Positions 48,638 through 57,633 of a stretch of DNA of 64,000 bases are shown one piece after another. This DNA is from a virus: positions 1-64,000 of IMG/VR virus record IMGVR_UViG_3300025645_000054; one strand, 5' to 3'. Below the pieces are notes generated by a model that was not told the origin of the DNA, did no database searches, and was given only the letters and a program-made list of their open reading frames with translations. The translations under genes were made by a program, and so were the position numbers. Position 1 is the first letter of the stretch. Each line of letters begins with the position of its first letter.

Positions 48638-48665
48638 ATTTCCATGCAATGTCTTGCATGGAAAT
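48638..48665. promoter_or_regulatory. Inverted pair of motif B between divergent mucR and KTSC-xis-int
   Basis: ATTTCCATGCAA-TGTC-TTGCATGGAAAT. Confidence 0.8.
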
Positions 48666-48705
48666 GTCGACAACTGTCAACCACCAAAGTAAAAGGAAGA
48701 TAACC

Positions 48706-49074
48706 ATGAAGGACGAAAAAATGACCAAAGATGAAATTCATATCCGTAAAGCTCCCTCCTGGGCCTGGAGGGTAATCGACGAACTCATTTCAGACCACCT
48801 GGGGAGCTCCCTCATCAAATCGGCCGCGGATCAGATGTTTGAAGATGTGGAGGTGGTCATGCAACCCGTGGTGAGCAGCAACATCGCAGCGGTAGGGTTC
48901 AGGGAATTTTGCGGACTCATGGTAGTCCAGTTCAAGAACGGGTCAATCTATCAATATGATAATGTTACCCCAGAGTTGTATCACGAAATCGTGAACGCTG
49001 ACTCCGTGGGCTCGACCTTTAACCGGGTGGTCAAGTCCAACCCGACCGCGTACCCCTTCACCAAGCTCATCTAG
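48706..49074 (+). CDS. KTSC-domain protein
   Basis: PVVSSNIAAVGF...VQFKNGSIYQYDNV...ADSVGSTFNR. Confidence 0.85.
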   Translation: MKDEKMTKDEIHIRKAPSWAWRVIDELISDHLGSSLIKSAADQMFEDVEVVMQPVVSSNIAAVGFREFCGLMVVQFKNGSIYQYDNVTPELYHEIVNADSVGSTFNRVVKSNPTAYPFTKLI

Positions 49075-49096
49075 AGCGGTAATCCGAGAGGATCTC

Positions 49097-49414
49097 ATGC
49101 TTACAACTTCCGATGTCGCGGGCCGGCTGAACGTCAGCTCCCGTACCGTACAGCGCCTCATCCAAAGTGAGGGGTTGCCAGCGTTCCGCATCGGAGGGCA
49201 TTATCGCTACGTCGAGCAGGAGCTCGATCGTTGGCTAGTCCGTAAACGTATGAGGACCACATGGAACAAGGACAAGGTCGCGTCTACACGCGCCCCGAGA
49301 GCAGGTCATACTGGATCGAATATAGAAGTTCTGACGGACGGAAAATTCGAAGATCTGCTAAAACCCAAGACAAGAAAGAAGCTGAAGCCGAGCTGGGAAG
49401 GCTCCTTCGGTTGA
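49097..49414 (+). CDS. xis: Excisionase-like HTH protein
   Basis: MLTTSDVAGRLNVSSRTVQRLI..GLPAFRIGGHYRY; overlaps int. Confidence 0.85.
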   Translation: MLTTSDVAGRLNVSSRTVQRLIQSEGLPAFRIGGHYRYVEQELDRWLVRKRMRTTWNKDKVASTRAPRAGHTGSNIEVLTDGKFEDLLKPKTRKKLKPSWEGSFG

Positions 49415-50304
49415 GGACCTCGATTTCCTTCAAAGAGGCGGTCGTGGACTTCTTCGAGGTGAATGGCCACGGGCGTCTCAAGCCCAAAACCATTCAGAAC
49501 TACGAAACCTCTCTCAGAGCGGTGGCTCCACTTTTTTCAGAATTGTCTTTGGACGAGATCCGAACGGATCAGCTCAAACAATTGGTACGTGAACGGCGCA
49601 AGACTGTGTCGGACACATCTGTGAAGAGGGATCTCGCTTTTGTCTCAAGCGTGTTCAGTCATGCAATTGGGACCATGCCGCAGGCACCGGAAACTAACCC
49701 TGTTCTTAGCTTCAGTAAACGTCACCTAAAGGAACAGGCAAGAACCCGGTGGCTGCGGCCGCACGAGTATGATCGGCTCATTGAGAGCTGCCAAAACCCC
49801 ACACAAGCACTGGTCATCAAGACCGCAACCCTGACCGGGATGCGGCACACTGAGCTGTCCAGTCTCCGGAAGGGGATGATCAATTTTCAGAAAAAGGAGG
49901 TCATACTAGATGTTGATCTGACGAAGAACGGAAAGGAGCGGGTCGTACCCCTCTGTGCGTCACTGTGTTTCGACCTGGAACAGCTGTGTCTACGAACACC
50001 GGGGGATTTAGTGTTCTGCTATATGCATGGCGCTACCCGGGAGTGGAGATCTTATCAGAATTTCTCCAACTTCTGGGATGGTGTTCGAACCCGAGCCAAC
50101 TTGAAAGATGTGAGGTTTCACGACCTTAGGCATACTTTCGCCTCGTGGTGGGTACAGGCAAATGGGGATCTGCTGCGACTGAGGGACATCCTCGGACACA
50201 GCTCTCTCCAGATGGTCCAGCGGTATGCCCACCTGAACACAGGCGGGCATCACGCGGAGATAAACGAGGTGTTCGAAACACACTTTGCACACAGCCTCGA
50301 ATAA
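49261..50304 (+). CDS. int: Tyrosine integrase
   Basis: TGMRHTE, TKNG, FHDLRHTFAS, LGHSSLQMVQRY (R-K-H-R-H-Y catalytic set). Confidence 0.96.
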   Translation: MEQGQGRVYTRPESRSYWIEYRSSDGRKIRRSAKTQDKKEAEAELGRLLRLRTSISFKEAVVDFFEVNGHGRLKPKTIQNYETSLRAVAPLFSELSLDEIRTDQLKQLVRERRKTVSDTSVKRDLAFVSSVFSHAIGTMPQAPETNPVLSFSKRHLKEQARTRWLRPHEYDRLIESCQNPTQALVIKTATLTGMRHTELSSLRKGMINFQKKEVILDVDLTKNGKERVVPLCASLCFDLEQLCLRTPGDLVFCYMHGATREWRSYQNFSNFWDGVRTRANLKDVRFHDLRHTFASWWVQANGDLLRLRDILGHSSLQMVQRYAHLNTGGHHAEINEVFETHFAHSLE

Positions 50305-50339
50305 TACCGGACACAGACCCCGGGTAAGTCTTTGATAAG

Positions 50340-50389
50340 TGGTGAGCCGTGCAGGATTCGAACCTGCGACCCACTGATTAAAAGTCAGT
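50340..50389 (-). mobile_element. attP core = 3' 50 nt of tRNA-Lys(UUU)
   Basis: Reverse complement ACTGACTTTTAATCAGTGGGTCGCAGGTTCGAATCCTGCACGGCTCACCA: anticodon arm, T arm and CCA, but no D arm. It lies 35 nt after int, with an IHF consensus at 50325-50337. Confidence 0.92.
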
Positions 50390-50520
50390 ACTAGCCAGCG
50401 TCAAAATTAATCTAAGGTACTGGTTTCACTCACTTATCACTGACGACACCCGGGGTCATGTGCGCCAGGAAACCCTGTTCGCGACACACTTTTGCGGACA
50501 CAGCACATTTGGTAGGCATC

Positions 50521-50916
50521 ATGAAGAATACGCAACGAAACAACGGCATCGCCCAGGAGTATATCCGGGGCTCAACTCTGGAGCAGATCTCTTCAGAGTA
50601 TGGGATTTCCCCCCGGATGATCAGGTACATCCTGACCCAGAAGGGCCTCAGAGCTGAGGACCGTAAAAAACAACCCTCTTTTGATCTGGCTCCAAGCCCC
50701 CGCAGCCAACTTCATCTAAAGATTGGACAGCGGCTCTATGAGGCTTACTTTGTTAAGAGGGGTCTAAGCCGCGCCGAAGCGGCGGTCAAAATGGGGATCA
50801 GTGCCAAGGGTTTGAGGAACCTTGAGAGCGGAAGATCGAATATTGACCTGCTGACTTTGCAGAACATTGCAGGTTTCATGGAAATAAGTGTGGGAGAACT
50901 CATTGATGGCAGTTGA
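50521..50916 (+). CDS. Double-HTH regulator (N-terminal HTH + XRE domain), candidate repressor
   Basis: TLEQISSEYGISPRMIRYIL and GLSRAEAAVKMGISAKGLRNLESG. Confidence 0.8.
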   Translation: MKNTQRNNGIAQEYIRGSTLEQISSEYGISPRMIRYILTQKGLRAEDRKKQPSFDLAPSPRSQLHLKIGQRLYEAYFVKRGLSRAEAAVKMGISAKGLRNLESGRSNIDLLTLQNIAGFMEISVGELIDGS

Positions 50917-51085
50917 TAATCGGCTATATAAATATTTCCGGAATGTGTGGTTGTTCCGAACAACAGGACAGGAAGTGTACAAGAACATGCTAATTCAGCA
51001 AGCACAGGCACCCCATACCCCCGAGGGTCGCGCGGCCCTCCGTGTGGTTCAGAAAGAACAATGGGGGGTATATGCAACAGGTTGA
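50906..51085 (+). CDS. Hypothetical protein
   Basis: GGGAG RBS; overlaps its neighbours. Confidence 0.5.
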   Translation: MAVDNRLYKYFRNVWLFRTTGQEVYKNMLIQQAQAPHTPEGRAALRVVQKEQWGVYATG

Positions 51086-51773
51086 CACATTCGGTATCCA
51101 TTGGGACGGGCCGATCGCGTGGTTACAACAGGGAAGAGGGGGCTCCAATTTTTTGGGGCTCCATAAAAAGTCGCCATTCAAAAATCCATCAGGAGCCTGT
51201 AACCATCTGGTCCCTGTGGCCGCGCCGATCCCTGATCGGGTTCACTGGGAGGCCCTACTCAAGATCAATGATGACCCACTGGTACAAGCGATGCTGCCGG
51301 TGCCAAAAGAGGTGGGCTCTCGGCTCTACTACATTGTGGATCCCCACGATGATTTGAACCTCTACATCTCCTGCCTCTCTCGTTTCAGTTCCCCCATCCG
51401 ACCGGTCATGAAACCGGAATGGATGATGACGAAAAAAGCTCTGGAGCGGGAACTCCTCTCGACGAACATCCAACCTCTGGTGATCACGCAGGTGAAGAGG
51501 ACAGACATGAAACTGGTGGCAGCCCTCGCGGCCTCCACCAACTACCTACCGCGGACGTTGATTCTGAGCGGGGCCGGGGATATCCCTCTGCCGCCTCAGT
51601 ATCAACTGATCGAGACAAAAATCCGAGACACGGATATTTCAGACCTCGTGACCCTGCCCCTTGAAACCATCGGGGCAACTCTGATCCGCCGTTACATGCG
51701 CAACGAAGATCTTTTTGGCCCCATCGAGTCCCGGCAAGCCCGCCGGGAACGGTTGAACCAAGAGAAACCCTAA
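51072..51773 (+). CDS. Hypothetical protein
   Basis: Long ORF filling the operon gap. Confidence 0.7.
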   Translation: MQQVDTFGIHWDGPIAWLQQGRGGSNFLGLHKKSPFKNPSGACNHLVPVAAPIPDRVHWEALLKINDDPLVQAMLPVPKEVGSRLYYIVDPHDDLNLYISCLSRFSSPIRPVMKPEWMMTKKALERELLSTNIQPLVITQVKRTDMKLVAALAASTNYLPRTLILSGAGDIPLPPQYQLIETKIRDTDISDLVTLPLETIGATLIRRYMRNEDLFGPIESRQARRERLNQEKP

Positions 51774-51798
51774 CCCCAAACCAATCCGTGAGGAATTT

Positions 51799-53226
51799 AT
51801 GCCCGAACTTCGACCCGCCCAGGTGGCCCATTTGGCGTTCTTTATGGCCACCCCCCGGTGTCTGGATCTCAGCGATCCGGGCACAGGAAAAACTCCCCCC
51901 GCCTGCACTTATATGGGCTTCCTATGGAGCCACCGGAAGGTGCGCTCCGTCTGGACCATGCCCAAGAGTTTGCTCAAGAAGAACCGCGACGAGCTGCTGT
52001 TCTTCTCCGACCTGACCGAAGAAGACGTAGTCATCGTCGACGGTCCCCCCACCAAACGCACCAAGCTGATGAAAAGTGACGGCAAGGTGTTCCTGATGGG
52101 CTTCGACTGTTTTTCAAACAACTGGCAGGAGCTACTCGGGTACCACCCCGACATCGATGCCCATGTCTCGGACGAGATCCACATGGGGTATGGGGGCCCC
52201 AGCTCCCAACGCACCCAGAGCATGTTCGCGGCCATGAAGCACATCAAATACTTCTTGGCCATGACCGGCACGATCATCAACGGGAGGCTCTCATCGGTCT
52301 ACCCCTGTATCGAGCTGTGTGCCCCCCATCTCTACCCCCACGGTTACGATCAATTTGAGAGCCGACACTCTCTCAAAGACACCTTCGGGAACACGGTCGC
52401 GTGGATCGATCCCAAACCCATCTCACAGTTCTTGGGCAAGTTCGGGGTCCGACAGACTTTTGAAGCGGCCTACGGCAAAGAGAAGAAGGTCATCGTGGTC
52501 GAAGAGTGCGACATGACCCCAAAACAGTACGAGGCCTACGAGGAGTTTGAAGAGACAGCCCTGCTGGAATTGGAAGAAGTCTGGCTGGATGGATCTCTCC
52601 CCGGGGTGAACTTCATCCGCTGCCGGCAGCTGATGGAACACCCCCAGACCTTTGGGGAGCCCTTGGACAAGATCAAACACACCGGGAAGGAAGAGCAGCT
52701 GCGGATCCACATGCAGCATGCCCTTGATACGGGGGAAGCCCTGATCATCTTCGCGGCCCTTGTCCCCAGCCAAGAGCGGATCGCCCAGCTGGCAGAAAAG
52801 ATGGGCCTGCGCGTCGGGCTGATCAACGGCAACGTCAGCACCAAACGGCGGAACGTCCAGAGCGAAGCATTCATTGCGCGTGAACTGGATGTGATGGTGG
52901 CCTCGCCGGCCACGGCATCAGTCGGCTACAACTGGGGATTTGTAGACCATGTGGTCTTCAGCTCCATGGACGCCATGGACAGCTCCTTTGTCCAAGGCTA
53001 CCGGCGGGCGATGCGCGGGGTCCGGAAGCGGGCGCTGCTGATCACCCTCCTGAAATACCGGAACTCAAAAATTGAGAACCGGATCTTCGAGATCATCGAC
53101 CAGAAGTCCAAACTTGCGGCCGACGTCGATGACCGAAACGAGCGCCTGGATCTCCAAGAGACCGGGAAGAAACGGAAACACATGACGAAGAGTGGAAAGC
53201 TCTCGATGGAGGCCTTCATGAAGTAA
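51799..53226 (+). CDS. SF2 (SNF2-like) DNA helicase
   Basis: LRPAQ, DPGTGKT, DEIH, MTGT, SVGYN, QGYRRAMR. Confidence 0.9.
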   Translation: MPELRPAQVAHLAFFMATPRCLDLSDPGTGKTPPACTYMGFLWSHRKVRSVWTMPKSLLKKNRDELLFFSDLTEEDVVIVDGPPTKRTKLMKSDGKVFLMGFDCFSNNWQELLGYHPDIDAHVSDEIHMGYGGPSSQRTQSMFAAMKHIKYFLAMTGTIINGRLSSVYPCIELCAPHLYPHGYDQFESRHSLKDTFGNTVAWIDPKPISQFLGKFGVRQTFEAAYGKEKKVIVVEECDMTPKQYEAYEEFEETALLELEEVWLDGSLPGVNFIRCRQLMEHPQTFGEPLDKIKHTGKEEQLRIHMQHALDTGEALIIFAALVPSQERIAQLAEKMGLRVGLINGNVSTKRRNVQSEAFIARELDVMVASPATASVGYNWGFVDHVVFSSMDAMDSSFVQGYRRAMRGVRKRALLITLLKYRNSKIENRIFEIIDQKSKLAADVDDRNERLDLQETGKKRKHMTKSGKLSMEAFMK

Positions 53227-53284
53227 TACATTTCCATGCAATCGCGAAAACGAATGATTGATTATGACACTACTTTCAATCATT
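53226..53284. promoter_or_regulatory. Motif B copy plus a 9-bp inverted repeat upstream of ssb-like/polA
   Basis: ATACATTTCCATGCAAT at 53226-53242; AATGATTGA/TCAATCATT at 53253-53284. Confidence 0.65.
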
Positions 53285-53397
53285 AAGTACTTGTCCCTGT
53301 GTTGGTCGGGGGGTCGGAGTTCCAGCTCTAACCCCCCATCTTCCAGCCCTCGGATTTTATGCAATCACAGTCTCAAAAGACAGAAAGAACATCTATT

Positions 53398-54063
53398 ATG
53401 GCCGATATGTCAGCAGCAATCAAGAAAGCACAGGAAGCAGCCGGAGAAGTCATCGACGCAGAAGCGCAGTATGACGTCCCAGCTACCACGGCCCCACAGG
53501 CCGGTGCTGTCGTCCCTTTCCAAAAACCATCTATGGCCGCGTTGGGCAACGCCACAGGCATCAACAACCAAGTTGATATGTGGCTCAAGGTCAACGAGCA
53601 CGGCATCCAGATCGGTTCGGAAAAACCCCTGATCACCGACGGGCTCAAAGTCAAAGTCGCCATGGTGGAAGACGAAGGTTTCTTCGTCAAACAGTCCATC
53701 AAATGGGGCAAGCCCATCAACTACGCATCCACCTACGACGGCATCATGTCCGACAAAGGTGGCAGCTGGAACGATCAAGTCGCCATGGTGCAGGCCATCG
53801 ATCCCACAGCAAAGATGTTCCCATCAGCGGACATCCTTCTGGTCCTCGCCGAGGATTTGAAGCTGAAGGATAAGACCCTGCCCGCCGGCACAAAACTGGG
53901 TCACACTCTGTCCATGTCGAACTTCGGCAACTGGTCCGAGCTCTATCGTGAAGCGGCTGCGGCCAATCAGGTCGGTCAGGAGATCGATCTGCAGTTGGAT
54001 TACGAAGAGATCAACGGCAAAAACGGGTTCACTTGGGGCGTCCTGACGTTCGCCCTTTCCTAA
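53398..54063 (+). CDS. Putative single-stranded DNA-binding protein
   Basis: Between helicase and polymerase; beta-rich; function inferred from synteny only. Confidence 0.5.
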   Translation: MADMSAAIKKAQEAAGEVIDAEAQYDVPATTAPQAGAVVPFQKPSMAALGNATGINNQVDMWLKVNEHGIQIGSEKPLITDGLKVKVAMVEDEGFFVKQSIKWGKPINYASTYDGIMSDKGGSWNDQVAMVQAIDPTAKMFPSADILLVLAEDLKLKDKTLPAGTKLGHTLSMSNFGNWSELYREAAAANQVGQEIDLQLDYEEINGKNGFTWGVLTFALS

Positions 54064-54072
54064 CCCACCCTT

Positions 54073-54144
54073 TCTCTGGGGTTTTCCCTGTTGCTCCAGA
54101 GACTCCGGCCTTCCCCTAGCGTCCTCCCACGTGGGGGGAAGGCC
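54073..54144 (+). ncRNA. Two-hairpin structured RNA with a CCUCCC loop (cuckoo-like)
   Basis: Stems TCTCTGG/CCAGAGA and GGCCTTCCCC/GGGGAAGGCC; loops TTTTCCCTGTTG and CCTCCC. Confidence 0.45.
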
Positions 54145-54178
54145 ACCCCCACACCCCCCCCATAAATTCGAGGTTATT

Positions 54179-56665
54179 ATGACCGTCAAATCAGAACTGA
54201 TTGACGCCCGGAACTGGGCTGTCCTCAAGGATCTGTTGATCCAAGACGTGAGCGAGGCCGGTATCGTCGGCTTCGACATCGAGACCTGTGATCCGGATCG
54301 TCACGCAGGTCTCACAGATTTCATGAAGGCCGGGGGCGGCAAGCGCCTTGTCTTCGACGTCAACCGCACCATCGTGACCGGGTTCTCTTGGTATTGTGAT
54401 GACGCCGACACCGCCTACTATCTGAACCTGAACCATGCTGACGTTGAGAACCGGATCCCATGGTCCGAGGCCCGTCAGATTTTGGATGCCCGCCCCACGG
54501 GTGGTTGCCATACCTTGTGCCACAACGCGCCCTTTGAGCTGACCATGATGCAGTCCTCTCTGGGCTTCGATCTGGGCCCCGACGTGATCTGCACCATGCA
54601 GATGGCTGTCTCGACCTTCAACGAAGACCAGTATGCTGTTGATGACATGATGTCTGCCGGGTTCGGTGGGATCCAGTCCCTGCTGGTGCCTCTGGGCAAG
54701 GCCTTCGCGACCTGTGACCCCCAGAACCTGACCGAGGTGCAGGGGGATCTGATGTCCCGCGTCCTGGCAAAGACCTCGGTCGCGGCCCACAGCTACAACG
54801 GCATGGTCCGAGAGATGTCCTACGGCTACGGCCTGAAGAAGCTGACCAAGAAGTTCTTTGGCTACGAGCAGACAGAATTCAAAACCGTTCTGAACGGCAA
54901 GGCCCACATGGGTGAGCTGACCGGTGACGAAGTCTGTGCCTACGGCGCGGACGACGCCTACTGGTGTGTCCGTCTCTTCCACAAGTTCCTGCCCATGATG
55001 ATGGCCCAGAACGATCAACTCTGGGACACATTCCTGACGCAGGAAAACCCGATGATCTACGTGTTCGCGGACATCTGGTCCAACGGTCTGGTGATCGACC
55101 TAGACGCTGTGACTGCCAAACGGGACGAAGAGCGCCAGAACTACGCTGCGGCCGTGCGTCAGATGCATGCTCACATCCGGGGGATGCTGCCCTATCCCGA
55201 GGCCCTGAACGAGGGGCTGAAGCACGACAAGTGGTACGCCAAGAACCCCACCAGCTACCGGAAGAAGATCACGGCGTGGGCGATGAAGGACCTGCCAGAT
55301 GACAACTTCGCGGCGGTCTATTCCACGGCCGGCCCCGTGTCCGCAGCGTGGGCTGCCGATCGGGGTCTGCCCAAAAGCACTGGGCCGAACCTGAGCTACT
55401 ACATGAGCGTCCGGTCCATCATGTACGACCTGACCGGTCTCAAGCCCCGGATGGCGGACGGCAAGGTGGCCTCCGACAAGAAGGCCCGGGAGAAGATGAA
55501 GGGCAAGGGTATCGATGATCTCTTGGAGATCATGACCCAGCTGGCCGGTATCGAGCAGCGCATGAAGCTGTATCTGACACCCTATACCCAGTTGATCGAC
55601 CCAGAGACCGGTCGTGTCTACCCAGTGGTATCCTCCCGCCTGAACTCACGTCGGATGGCGATGTCCAACCCCAACGGCATGCAACTGGCCAAGCGGGGGG
55701 AGTCCACCTACATCCGGGGCTTCTACAAAGCCGATGCGGAGGATCACGTGATCGTCTCCATCGACTGGAGCCAAGTGGAGTTGGTCGAGATCGGGGACTT
55801 TTCTGGAGACCCCGAGTTTGCCAACGCCTTCGGACAGATCCCCTACAACGACCTGCACAAGAAGGCGGTCTCGGATCTGATGGACATCGCGATCGAGGAC
55901 GTGACCAAGAAGCTCCGCGGCGACGTGGGCAAGGTGGCCAACTTCAACTATTGGTACTCCGGAGCCCTCTCAACTGTGGGGGACATCATGGGCTGGTCCT
56001 CTGACAAGATGTGGGAGATGACCGACCGGTACCGCACCACGTTTGCCATCGCAGAAAAATGGCGCACGGATCTGATCATTGAGGCACGTGAGAAGGGGTA
56101 TGTCACCCTTCCAGATGGCCACCGCCGGCACCGCTTTGAGGCCAGCTACATCTGGCAGCGCCTGTGGACAGAACGCTGGGCCGCAACCCGGCATCAGGGT
56201 CTGGTCAATTTCGGAGACCTGTTCGTCAAGAGGATCACCAGCCGCGCCGGCAACCAGATCGTGAACTCCATGATCCAAGGGTCCTGCGCCACACTGGCAA
56301 AGCGATCCATCCTGGGGATCAACGCAGAGCTGAAGTCCCGCTTCCGCTTCCGCTTCCTGATGCCCATCCACGACGAATTGGTGTTCAGCGTTCACAAGGA
56401 CGACGCCGTGGGCTTCATCAAAGAGGCCAAGCGTATCATGTGTGACCACCCCACCATCATCACCCGATTGGTCCTGGATGCGACAGCTTCATGCGGCCGC
56501 AACTTTGAGCCCTTCGACATCGACCGGGCCCCTCTGGGCCAGATCGAGTTGGACGAAGCCCCAGAGATTTTGGGGTTCACCAAGGATCAGAAGCTGGATG
56601 ACGACGGTATCCAGACGGTGATCGACTATCTTTTCAACCCCAACCCAGTGAGGAACGCAGCATGA
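54179..56665 (+). CDS. polA: Family A DNA polymerase with 3'-5' exonuclease
   Basis: FDIET, HNAPFE, YGADDA (exonuclease); NPNGMQL, DWSQVEL (A), R...KVANFNYWY (B), NSMIQG, IHDELV (C). Confidence 0.95.
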   Translation: MTVKSELIDARNWAVLKDLLIQDVSEAGIVGFDIETCDPDRHAGLTDFMKAGGGKRLVFDVNRTIVTGFSWYCDDADTAYYLNLNHADVENRIPWSEARQILDARPTGGCHTLCHNAPFELTMMQSSLGFDLGPDVICTMQMAVSTFNEDQYAVDDMMSAGFGGIQSLLVPLGKAFATCDPQNLTEVQGDLMSRVLAKTSVAAHSYNGMVREMSYGYGLKKLTKKFFGYEQTEFKTVLNGKAHMGELTGDEVCAYGADDAYWCVRLFHKFLPMMMAQNDQLWDTFLTQENPMIYVFADIWSNGLVIDLDAVTAKRDEERQNYAAAVRQMHAHIRGMLPYPEALNEGLKHDKWYAKNPTSYRKKITAWAMKDLPDDNFAAVYSTAGPVSAAWAADRGLPKSTGPNLSYYMSVRSIMYDLTGLKPRMADGKVASDKKAREKMKGKGIDDLLEIMTQLAGIEQRMKLYLTPYTQLIDPETGRVYPVVSSRLNSRRMAMSNPNGMQLAKRGESTYIRGFYKADAEDHVIVSIDWSQVELVEIGDFSGDPEFANAFGQIPYNDLHKKAVSDLMDIAIEDVTKKLRGDVGKVANFNYWYSGALSTVGDIMGWSSDKMWEMTDRYRTTFAIAEKWRTDLIIEAREKGYVTLPDGHRRHRFEASYIWQRLWTERWAATRHQGLVNFGDLFVKRITSRAGNQIVNSMIQGSCATLAKRSILGINAELKSRFRFRFLMPIHDELVFSVHKDDAVGFIKEAKRIMCDHPTIITRLVLDATASCGRNFEPFDIDRAPLGQIELDEAPEILGFTKDQKLDDDGIQTVIDYLFNPNPVRNAA

Positions 56666-56829
56666 GAATTCCACTCCACGGCACCAAAGACCGCGAAGAA
56701 ATCATCGACCTGCACATGCGGGCCGCGCAGCTGAACCCAAAGGGGTTCCGGACACCTTCGAACAAGAGACAGAAGAAGGTCCCTAAGACCCGCATCGAGC
56801 GAATGGCGACGGAGGTCTACGGCAAATGA
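56662..56829 (+). CDS. 55-aa basic hypothetical protein (not in the ORF track)
   Basis: MRIPLHGTKDREEIIDLH...; ATGA coupling at both ends; GAGGA RBS. Confidence 0.65.
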   Translation: MRIPLHGTKDREEIIDLHMRAAQLNPKGFRTPSNKRQKKVPKTRIERMATEVYGK

Positions 56830-57296
56830 ACCACGACATTTATAAATCTGGACAGGTGGCGCGGTATCACTGCAACCCGACCATGTCTCTGTTCAGACAG
56901 ACCAATGCAGACCACCAATGGGGCTGCGTTATTCTGATCCTCATGCTCCACCCCAACCCCAGTGTCAGTCTGATCCGGGCAGCGGCCACGCACGATGTCG
57001 GAGAGATCGGGTCGGGCGATCTCTCCCATCAGGTGAAACAGGCTAATCCTGAACATGCTGCGAACCATGATGCACTGGAACAGTATGTGTCGGAGGAGAT
57101 GGGGTGCCCCCGGCCGTACCTCTCTGAGGGGGAGAAGGACTGGTTGAAATTCGCGGACCGTCTGGAAGCCTATCTGTACATGCGGATGTATGGCCAGTCA
57201 GCCCAATGGGGCGAGGAGCATCTTTCGGATCTCCGTCTCCGGGCCCAGAACCTGAAAGTCTCCAACAGATTTGAGGAGCTGATCAATGGCCAATGA
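56826..57296 (+). CDS. HD-domain deoxynucleotide phosphohydrolase (YfbR/DatZ-like fold)
   Basis: VARYH...QTNADH...HDVGEIGSGDL...LKFADRLEA. Confidence 0.8.
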   Translation: MNHDIYKSGQVARYHCNPTMSLFRQTNADHQWGCVILILMLHPNPSVSLIRAAATHDVGEIGSGDLSHQVKQANPEHAANHDALEQYVSEEMGCPRPYLSEGEKDWLKFADRLEAYLYMRMYGQSAQWGEEHLSDLRLRAQNLKVSNRFEELINGQ

Positions 57297-57366
57297 CTGG
57301 CAATCGACAACAACATTACCTTCACCCCCTTCTGCTTCACAGCGCAGAGAAACACGGAGTACTTCG

Positions 57367-57633
57367 ATGACTGATACCAACACACCCGAGACTGATGCTA
57401 CCTACCTCGTCGCCGAGAATGAACTGCGCCAGTTCGTAGAGCGCATTGAGCGTCTGGACCAAGAGAAGAAAGACCTCGCCGAACAGCAGAAGGAAACTCT
57501 GGCCGAGGCCAAGGCCCGAGGCTATGATACCCGGATCCTGCGGATGATCATCGCCCAACGCAAGCGTGACAAGGATGACCTAGCCCATGAAGAGGCGATC
57601 CTCGAGATGTACAAAGAAGCACTGGGAATGTGA
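57367..57633 (+). CDS. gapR: GapR/DUF2312 nucleoid-associated protein
   Basis: ELRQFVERIERLDQEKK...EAKARGYD..ILRMIIAQRKRD...EEAILEMYKEALGM. Confidence 0.93.
   Translation: MTDTNTPETDATYLVAENELRQFVERIERLDQEKKDLAEQQKETLAEAKARGYDTRILRMIIAQRKRDKDDLAHEEAILEMYKEALGM

Noticed and set aside
48706-49074. Functional link between the KTSC domain and the tRNA-Lys attP
   Set aside because: The KTSC name comes from occasional fusion to lysyl-tRNA synthetase; there is no evidence of tRNA-Lys specificity, so this is probably coincidence.
50340-50389. Functional tRNA-Lys gene
   Set aside because: The 5' acceptor strand and D arm are missing; its position beside int marks it as the attP core.
56826-57296. 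Z-genome (2-aminoadenine) system
   Set aside because: No PurZ or MazZ in the window; the HD fold alone is not diagnostic. The rest of the genome is unseen.
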